Shown here: positions 54,086 through 62,300 of the stretch, in pieces
Position numbering within the stretch: the first letter of the stretch is position 1
Layout: every line of letters begins with the position of its first letter
Source: a virus
Taxonomy: Duplodnaviria > Caudoviricetes
IMG/VR virus record: IMGVR_UViG_3300023174_000037
DNA length: 64,000 nt
Direction: 5' to 3' (one strand)
Notes under the pieces: model-generated
Database searches by the model: none
What the model was told of the DNA's origin: nothing
Seen by the model: the letters and a program-made list of their open reading frames with translations, nothing else
Made by a program: the position numbers and the translations under genes

Positions 54086-54526
54086 TCATGCCCTTGCGTC
54101 CTTCAAATAACTCTTTAACTGCCACATGTATTTGCCATGACTGCTTTGGCGTTCTGCGGCAAAGTTTGCAACATCTTCACGACCTTCGGCACTGGCAGCA
54201 TCAAATACTTGCTTGCTCATGTCGACCATGGTCTGTGTATCTGCGAGTAATTCTTGTAACATTAATCGGGCACGAGGAACCTTGATCTGGTCCTGTATTT
54301 GTGATAATTCTTGGAAACGATTTAGGCTTCCTGGGGCATATTCTTCTGTGGTACGGATGTATTCAGCAATGGGATCCACAGCTGAATAAGCGTCTTCGTA
54401 GATTTTTTGGAAAAACTTGTGTAATTGACCAAAGTCTGGACCCTCCACGTTCCAGTGAAACATGTGGGCCTTTAAGTAATAGGCAAATGTTGAGGCCAAG
54501 TAAGTTTTTAACAAATCTGCTAGCAT
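54086..54526 (-). CDS. dps: Dps / ferritin-like protein
   Basis: YLKAHMFHWNVEGPDF.QLH.FF..IYE and D.IAE.IR motifs. Confidence 0.92.
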   Translation of the reverse strand: MLADLLKTYLASTFAYYLKAHMFHWNVEGPDFGQLHKFFQKIYEDAYSAVDPIAEYIRTTEEYAPGSLNRFQELSQIQDQIKVPRARLMLQELLADTQTMVDMSKQVFDAASAEGREDVANFAAERQSSHGKYMWQLKSYLKDARA

Positions 54527-54732
54527 TATTTCTTCCGTTTATACTTTTTATACTCTGCAGGCGTGTTGGGCGTTGCATCGTCAGTAGTGTATTTAGCGCC
54601 AGAAAAGAAAGAACCACCATTTCTTGATAATGTAGTGCCTAACGGCATACTAACTGTGGCTATGCTGCCGCTGGTAGTGCTGGCCGTACTGGCGCCATCT
54701 TCTTGTAAGTTAACAAATTCATGCAATCTCAT
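54526..54732 (-). CDS. Small hypothetical protein (MRLHEF... leader)
   Basis: ORF track; coupled. Confidence 0.6.
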   Translation of the reverse strand: MRLHEFVNLQEDGASTASTTSGSIATVSMPLGTTLSRNGGSFFSGAKYTTDDATPNTPAEYKKYKRKK

Positions 54733-55028
54733 TGGTATGGGGCCTCGTCAATAATTGTTAGAACATTATTTTTTATAGTTCCAGGACCAAAATCCACACG
54801 CATATCTGTTACAGTTAGCCAGGCCAAGTGCGGCAAAACCAATTCATGACGTATTGTGTATTCACCAGGTTCGGCTTCAATTTGTAACAGTTCTTCAAGA
54901 TAATGCTCGGTCCAGCGCCAGGTGCGTTCAGCAAATAATTCATCGTTGACATAGGTACGATAAATGGGTTGAAAACTTTCCCATTCGCAATCAATATTAC
55001 ACAGCACCCGTATGAATTGTTTGGACAT
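54729..55028 (-). CDS. Hypothetical protein
   Basis: ORF track; CTAAATA upstream. Confidence 0.65.
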   Translation of the reverse strand: MSKQFIRVLCNIDCEWESFQPIYRTYVNDELFAERTWRWTEHYLEELLQIEAEPGEYTIRHELVLPHLAWLTVTDMRVDFGPGTIKNNVLTIIDEAPYQ

Positions 55029-55046
55029 GCTGTATTTAGTAGCGTT

Positions 55047-55247
55047 TTATTTGACTTCTTTTACACTGCCAACATGCCATTCTTCTACACCGTATTGTGC
55101 CCGCATTAACCTACGTGCTTCTGTGGCATTGGCGGCGGTTACAGTGACATCAATCCAGCCCACATAGTTGGGTTGTTGTATCCGGACCTGTGCAGTCCAT
55201 AATTTATACTTGGGGTATATGTCTCGGGCTTTCATCGTCCAGTCCAT
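55047..55247 (-). CDS. Small hypothetical protein
   Basis: ORF track. Confidence 0.6.
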   Translation of the reverse strand: MDWTMKARDIYPKYKLWTAQVRIQQPNYVGWIDVTVTAANATEARRLMRAQYGVEEWHVGSVKEVK

Positions 55248-57256
55248 TTAGCTATCATACTAACACGGTTACTGCTATAAATGCCAGTGCCACGTCGTGT
55301 GCTACGCATACTACGTCGACCGGGCTCTACAGGAAATGTGTATCGAGTCCATGTGGCATTTTGATCTACAATTTGATCACCGCGTTTCTGGCGATAATCT
55401 TCAGTGGGCTCCATTGCATAACCCTTGACTTCTACACCCGGAATTGAATTTAACATGAGCCACATGGCTTGTCCAAATTTGGTCTGTGTTTCTCCGGTTT
55501 CAAGCGTGAGTTTAAGGATCGTGAGAGCAATACCATACAATGCTTTGCCCAGCCCGCGCCCACGATAATCAGGATCATTGGCCACAGTTTCTACACGCCA
55601 GGTTTTAAGCGGATCAAGGGTGGCACTAAGATCAAGTTCTGCGACCAATGTATCTCCATCAAAGATCATGATTTCCAAAAACTCAGGATCTTTTCGGTTC
55701 ACCGCATAAGAGAATTGACTACCACCTGGCAAGGGTTTAGTTTTGGGCTTTTTTGCCATGGGCATCAGTGTGTCCTTATCACCAAAGTCGCCTTGTGGTA
55801 TGCGGGCTATTTCATCTAACTCTGTTTCCCATACACGTTTACTACCGCGATTCTTATTCCAAAAATGTTTTCCGGCATCAGTCTGCTCGTGACTGCGTTT
55901 TACTTGATAGCCAAGATCTTTGGCATAATCATACATGACAGCCGCAATACCTTGTCCACGATATGCTTCATCAACTAATAAATCCCGTGCTATTAACGTT
56001 TTGCCCGCAACATCAAATACTACTCGTGCTAGATTACGGCCATGTGTATCTGCATCAATTGTTAATTCATTTCCATATTTGTGTGCTGTTAAATCAAGTC
56101 CATCTCTATATGCTTGTTTAACTGCAGGTTCGGCATCTTCAATGATGCCAGTGCTACGACGTAAGCGTAAATCAAAGTCTACATCAGAAATATAGTTACG
56201 AATAAACTTTTCATAATACTGTTGTGCAAGAGCCGGAGTATCAGCTTCAAAACGATCTACTATCTGTGAGCCGCCAGCAGGACGATCAGCGTGATAAATT
56301 TCATAGCCTTTGTTCAAGCGTTCTCTAGCTTGACTCATACGGTCCATTCTGTTACTGACTTGACGGTCAGCACGACTCAAATAACTTTGTAATCGTTCAT
56401 CGCTGATTTCATTGACATCTTGTTTACGAACTGGCTTCCAATGGAATACTGTCATGCCCATGCTGGGATATTCTTCATGCGCCCACTTTGGTCCTAAAAT
56501 GTTCTGCACCACTGGTACAAAGTATTTGCGATACAGGTTGGCGCGGTTGTCACCTTTGGCAGTAAATGATACGCCAGGCGGGCGAGTCTTGGCAATGTAT
56601 TCAGGCAATTGTTGTTTGATCACGTTGAGCACTGTGCTCAATATTCGAACAGTTGACTTACTAGCACTTGTAGGCTGACTTGGAGCATCATAGTCGCTGT
56701 TTACAGTAAATGTAATGTGTAAGGTACCGTTAAATTCGCTGCGATCAAAGAACACATCCACCCAATGTCCATCCACAGTAGAGTGAAACAAACTGCGTTT
56801 TCTTTTGCGGTTGGGTTTGTAGTCAGCTGGTGCGTTGCCTAATTCTGTAAGTTGTTGAACCGGCGCCCAGGCCTGTATATCTGATCTATTCAACAGGTTG
56901 GCGGCGGCCCAAGCTCTGTGATTGCCATCTATGATCCAACCTTTGGAGTCTACCACAATAGGTCTACGATCCACAAAGTTTGCACTATATTCACCCGCAT
57001 GGTCAGGGTCTACAGTTTGCACTCGATTGTATGGATCTTGTTCGGGCTCTTGTTCTTCGTCATCGTACTCTTGATCAGGTATGTGCAAACTGTTTAATGC
57101 AACACGTCGTAGTTCATACTGCGGATAGCGCAGGATCAATTTTTTTAAAAATCCACCACCCTGTTGGTCTTTGGGGTGTATGCCATCTACATAATTCCAC
57201 ACCTGTTCAGCTGACACAACTTTGGCAGATTCAATGACAAATTCACGGGCTTTCAT
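55232..57256 (-). CDS. Modular protein: ParB/Srx-like domain plus two GNAT-like domains
   Basis: PIVVD..GWIIDGNHR; VDEAYRGQGIA and DPDYRGRGLGKALY motif A. Confidence 0.75.
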   Translation of the reverse strand: MKAREFVIESAKVVSAEQVWNYVDGIHPKDQQGGGFLKKLILRYPQYELRRVALNSLHIPDQEYDDEEQEPEQDPYNRVQTVDPDHAGEYSANFVDRRPIVVDSKGWIIDGNHRAWAAANLLNRSDIQAWAPVQQLTELGNAPADYKPNRKRKRSLFHSTVDGHWVDVFFDRSEFNGTLHITFTVNSDYDAPSQPTSASKSTVRILSTVLNVIKQQLPEYIAKTRPPGVSFTAKGDNRANLYRKYFVPVVQNILGPKWAHEEYPSMGMTVFHWKPVRKQDVNEISDERLQSYLSRADRQVSNRMDRMSQARERLNKGYEIYHADRPAGGSQIVDRFEADTPALAQQYYEKFIRNYISDVDFDLRLRRSTGIIEDAEPAVKQAYRDGLDLTAHKYGNELTIDADTHGRNLARVVFDVAGKTLIARDLLVDEAYRGQGIAAVMYDYAKDLGYQVKRSHEQTDAGKHFWNKNRGSKRVWETELDEIARIPQGDFGDKDTLMPMAKKPKTKPLPGGSQFSYAVNRKDPEFLEIMIFDGDTLVAELDLSATLDPLKTWRVETVANDPDYRGRGLGKALYGIALTILKLTLETGETQTKFGQAMWLMLNSIPGVEVKGYAMEPTEDYRQKRGDQIVDQNATWTRYTFPVEPGRRSMRSTRRGTGIYSSNRVSMIAKWTGR

Positions 57257-58134
57257 CGCATAGCCACCTGATAAGATTTAAATTGGTCCTGTCGTGACTG
57301 TAGACCTTTTGATGCAGGATTGATTTTTTTAGTAACCGCATTAGTATTACTAAAGTCTTTGATTTTTGGAGCAACACGATTTTGCCAATACCATACAGCT
57401 ACCTTGGCGGCAACGTCGGGTCTAGCCGCCAGGTCTGGCTGTTGTGCTAGAGGTAGTCCTAGCGCGGCACCAGCACGAGTGTAATTGTCACGGCCGGTTA
57501 ATTGTATATAACCACGTCCTTTGTAGCGTTCGCCGTCGCCTTTGACTTTGTTGCCTAAGATCTTGGCCTTGCGTGGATTTTGTTCATATTTTTTAGTAAA
57601 GTAAGCTGGGCTACCACGTTCTTCCATGCTGGCAAAGTTTGCACTCTCATGAGCACATTGCGCCAAGAACTGTGCCAGTTCTGTGCCTTGGATGCCACTG
57701 GCCATGGCAACAGATCGTAATTGATTAACTGGACCTGCTTGTTGTGCAGGAGCTTGCACTTGTGCAACAGGCGCCTTTGCTTGTGGAGTTGGTGCGGTCA
57801 TTTTTGCATTGGCTGCGCTGCCACCCAAGGCCATTGCTCCGGCTAAGGCGGCACCACCTAACGCACTCTTCCAACCTTCTTCTAAGTCTTCTAGTTCTTC
57901 AGCTGGCCAACTAATAAAACTGTTACCGTTAACATCGCCAGCGCGAACAACAAATGCGCCGCCGTTGTCATAACCTTCGTCTTGACCAATCTCCCAGCCC
58001 ATTGCAGACAGAGCACGTTCAGCACGTGGATCTTCGTCACCTTGCCACCACTGTGCGGCTAACCGGTGTAGTATTTCTTCTTCATTGGGCTCTCTATCGT
58101 CACCACCTGCGGATGCAAATTCATACAGTCTCAT
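57253..58134 (-). CDS. GH19 (chitinase/lysozyme-like) muramidase with N-terminal module and internal signal-like segment
   Basis: AQFLAQCAHES, YKGRGYIQLTGRDNY, AVWYW and KKIN motifs. Confidence 0.85.
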   Translation of the reverse strand: MRLYEFASAGGDDREPNEEEILHRLAAQWWQGDEDPRAERALSAMGWEIGQDEGYDNGGAFVVRAGDVNGNSFISWPAEELEDLEEGWKSALGGAALAGAMALGGSAANAKMTAPTPQAKAPVAQVQAPAQQAGPVNQLRSVAMASGIQGTELAQFLAQCAHESANFASMEERGSPAYFTKKYEQNPRKAKILGNKVKGDGERYKGRGYIQLTGRDNYTRAGAALGLPLAQQPDLAARPDVAAKVAVWYWQNRVAPKIKDFSNTNAVTKKINPASKGLQSRQDQFKSYQVAMR

Positions 58135-59109
58135 TTAGCAATTCCAACGACGACGTGCCTTGCAAATAGCTTTGTCTGGAGTCTTGGCACATGAAATATT
58201 GTGCATCTTCATTTGTCCACGACTGCGTGAGCAATAACTCTTTCTACGCTTTGACGCTTTGCTACCTTTTTTCAACTTTGAAGGCTTGGTAGTCACTGCT
58301 GTTTGTAGTTTGCTACCAGGATGCTCGCGGCGATATGTTTTAACTGCTTTACGACTCATACCGTCTGTCTTGTCTCGATTGTTGGCTTTTTGCCAGGCTT
58401 CGGATTCCATTAATGGGTCAGAGGTCACAGCAAACACATACAGTTCATCTTCTGTGAGACTTTCTAAATCCGCCCAAACTGCTTCTGCATCAACACCATT
58501 GTGTTCAGCAATGGTTTCAATGATACTCTCAATAAGATCAAATTCTTCATGCAGTTCAGCCCTGGCTTCCATACTTAGGCCTGTGCCCAGTTCAAGAATT
58601 CTGCTGAGTTCATCCATGTTCATCTCCTTGTCTTCATTTTTTACACAGTTTGGCACACGTTTACCAAACAGTTCTTTCATGCCTTCTTTGTGATAGCCTT
58701 TCCAGCAGGCTTCATCTAGATTTTGATTGTGCTCGTGTGTTTCACACATGCCACAGTCTTCACAGACCATTTCCATTTCAACACTTTCATTGTGTTTCTT
58801 TTTGCCTGCACAATGCGCCCGTTGGCTAAAACCTTTGGGATGGCTACAGTTAATACTGCTTTTGTATTTCTGACTCCACTTTTCATCCAGTTGATCTACA
58901 CTCTCACTTTTGTTGCCATAATTGGCCGCGCCTTTTTTACGGCATTGTACCAAGCGTCCTGACGCATAGGCACTGGGCCAAACTTTTGCTGAAGCCTTGA
59001 CCTTGTAATAGCAAGCATCTTTCTTTTCGGCAAGTATTAAATCTGTAAATGCAGGACCGCCGCATTCTGGGCAGGTTTGATGAGATTCAAATAAGTCAGT
59101 TATAATCAT
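58135..59109 (-). CDS. Modular Cys/Lys-rich protein
   Basis: CPECG, CY.KVK..KVWPSAYASG, CWKGY and CSRSRG modules separated by x-x-E. Confidence 0.65.
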   Translation of the reverse strand: MIITDLFESHQTCPECGGPAFTDLILAEKKDACYYKVKASAKVWPSAYASGRLVQCRKKGAANYGNKSESVDQLDEKWSQKYKSSINCSHPKGFSQRAHCAGKKKHNESVEMEMVCEDCGMCETHEHNQNLDEACWKGYHKEGMKELFGKRVPNCVKNEDKEMNMDELSRILELGTGLSMEARAELHEEFDLIESIIETIAEHNGVDAEAVWADLESLTEDELYVFAVTSDPLMESEAWQKANNRDKTDGMSRKAVKTYRREHPGSKLQTAVTTKPSKLKKGSKASKRRKSYCSRSRGQMKMHNISCAKTPDKAICKARRRWNC

Positions 59110-59366
59110 TTTTTCTTAGTGGCCACGTTGATGGCCGCTCCTTTTCTATTGGCGTTAGGATCCTGCCTGCGTTTACGAGCTGCCGCTGATGCACGACCTT
59201 TTTTGCCCAGGGCATGTGCTTTGGCCTGTGGCAAACATTTGGGCTTGCCTTCTTTTTCAGATCCACGGGCACAGTCACCACGAATCTTGCCATCGGGCCC
59301 AAAACGTACCCATTTTTCTTTGAACCAGTCACGTAGATTTTCAGTTACAAACTCACTGGCTCTCAT
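59106..59366 (-). CDS. Small basic protein (MRASEFVTE leader)
   Basis: ORF track; TAAATA upstream. Confidence 0.7.
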   Translation of the reverse strand: MRASEFVTENLRDWFKEKWVRFGPDGKIRGDCARGSEKEGKPKCLPQAKAHALGKKGRASAAARKRRQDPNANRKGAAINVATKKK

Positions 59367-62300
59367 TTTTTCTTTCCTCTACGCATATTTATTTGCCAAC
59401 GTGCCAGCTGGCCTTTACGACCCGGTGCTTTTGCAGCCTTTTCTAATTGAGCCATAGTGGCACCTTTGGGTATGCCGTGACGCTGACTGTCTCCAGGACG
59501 TCCTGGACCTTTACCGTCAGCAAAGTTTTCCGCCACACCCGACGCTTGTTTTGTCAGCGTATAAGTTGCGCCACCTGGCATATCACTTCTTTCCAAATCG
59601 TAACCGCTGCCGCTGATGTAGCGTCGAAGCATTCTATCATACAGTCTAGCTCTACTGCCGGTAGGGTCATCCTCTTTTTCTGCACTGAAATTCAACCGCG
59701 CTGGTTTACGCTTGGCGATGAATTGTTGCATGGCAGCGAGCACAGTGGCAAACACTCGTGACGCATCACCTTCACCGGTGATCTCCATGTTTTCGTCACG
59801 CTCAAACTCCACCATCCAACTGTTGTCGCCTTGAGCCATGAACAGCACAATTAGTTCACTGCCGTCATCCAAGTCAGCAGTGGCATGCCAGTCACCATTT
59901 TGTTTGCGCCATTCAACGGCATAAGGTTGATCAAAGGCTTCGTTTATTGTCTCGGTCGGAGTCCATTCAAAACTAGAAACTGGCACTGAATATTTGTCAC
60001 TGAGTTTTTGTAGCAGTGCATCTAGCGTGGCAACAGGAATATTTTTAGCAACTACACGTTGGCCACGACTGCCTGGAACTGGACGATAGTATACATCAAC
60101 ATGTTCAGGATCAATGATGCGTGATTCTGCTACAGCAAATTGATTGCCCAATTGTTTTGCTAAACTTTTTTGTCTATTGATATTGGCCGGAGTGCCTGTA
60201 CCACTTTGTTTGTGATCAAACACACCATACAGTTTGATCACAGTAGGGTCACGACCATCGACACTGTAGAACAAACTGAGATCTCTGGTTAAATGCACAT
60301 GGCGCAACTTTGGCACTTTGGCCAAAGGACCAGCTGCAACAAACGGTGTGTCTTTGCCCCAAGGACGACCAGGGTTGTCGGTTTTAAATGCTAAAAATTC
60401 CTGTATCTTTGCTGGCAAGTTGGGCAGTTGGTTAGACTTGTCAGCTACTGTTTGATCAAACATACTGCTCTTTCTAATTTCAACATTATTGCCAGACTCT
60501 GACAGCATCCATGCACCTTGATCTATTTCCAGCAACAGGTTGACCAAGGCAGGATCAATACTTTCGATCATGACCGGTACTACTTCAATCTGTGTCATGT
60601 CCGCATCAGCAGGTCCATTTTGTTGCAACCATAAAGAGGCTATTCTGTTAGCATCGGCTTGACTGTTGCCTACGCCACGGAATCTATACAGTTCTTGCCC
60701 GGTATCAGTATCCAAGATTCGCCACTGTCCACTAAAACTGTTGCCTGGTGGTGCCGAACTGGCCTGATTTGTGGCGCCAAACAAGTCTCTGAATGAATAA
60801 TCAATGTTGCGGCCATCGGTTCTGTCCTGCGGGAAGTTCTGTTCTATATCCAAGGGCACTTCGGGAATGGATCCAGTTAATCTAGCCTGTAAGTCTGCGC
60901 TGTCTTGGGCGTTGTCCACAGCCTGGTTAGCATCTGCAGCCTTGGTCATTGTTGGAGCTGAGTCAGTGGTTTTGGGTCTCACGTCAAACAGATCAGGTTG
61001 TTCAGCGCCTACGCTCTTTAACCAATTTTTGCCATCTGTTTTCGCATCAGCAGCAGTGTCGCTTAAGAAGGTATGAACCACATGTCCGGTTTCTTTTTCG
61101 TACACTTCCCAATAAGGAACACCACGTTCGTTTGTGTCCTGTTTGGGTTTTTGTTGTTTAGGGTCTGTAATACGCTTGGCCAACTTGGCACGTGGTGTCA
61201 GTGTTTTAGGATCCACATACGGACGCACATTGAATCCTATGTTTTGATTAAGATACTTGTCAAATACTTTGTCAGCGGCAGCACCTTTGTTTGCAGCTTG
61301 AACTATTTCAAGTGTTGCACCAGTTTTAACATCATACACTTCCCACTGTTGATTGTCACTCATGTTGACCAATTGGTATTCACCCGAGTCCAAGGCTTCA
61401 CGACCGTATTTCATCCATACTCTATTTTTAACTTCGTCTTCTTGGAAGCCACGATATTCAGCACCTGGTACTGCGGTCCAGACGCCGTTGACCTTTTGAT
61501 ACAACTTGAAATACTGATTTATTTTCTTTTCATTACCTAGAGTTTTTTCGGCCCAGAGTTTCTTGAGTTGTTCTTTGTCTAGTTCACCTGCGGCATACTG
61601 ACTAAACAAGGCCAGTTGACTGTCGCCTTCGGGGGCAATTAATTTGTATAATTTTTTAGCATACTCTCTACGATCTGTGCTGGCGCTGGCAGCAATTTGC
61701 ATGGCACGGGCATAACGCAACATGGTACTTTGTAATTTTTCAGGATCAGCTGATTCTTCAGCCAACCAATCGCCTCCGGCACTGCGGAATTCTATGTAGC
61801 CATCTTGTATGTGAGCACTGGTATACTTGCCTTGTCCTACACCCTTTTGAATTTCTCGTTGTGCTAATTCAAGCAAGCCATGTTGCATCAACTTCAAAGC
61901 ACCGGCTGGATCTGCACGACCTGATTTGAGATTTTCACGGAAGCTCTTCATTGCTGACTTGGTGTAAGTGTTGGCTTCGCGGCCAAATTGTTGTAGAACA
62001 TATTCGTCACCTAGGAACAGAATAAGTTTTAGGTAGTCAACATCACCACCTTTGTATGGAACACTAACGCCCATGTGTAGGCCAGTTGAATCGTTAGTGT
62101 AAGCATTGCCTTCTGTGCTGTTGGCCCAGTCTGTGACTTGTTGTAATTTTTCCAAGGCCACTAGTAATGGCATTGGAGGACTTACTATTTCCAAACCGTA
62201 GTCTTCACGATCATCTGGACTCAAACTTGAATCTGGCTCTACAATCCATTGGCCTTCTTTACGTGTGGTACTGTGATAATTTGAACTTACTTTGACTGGC

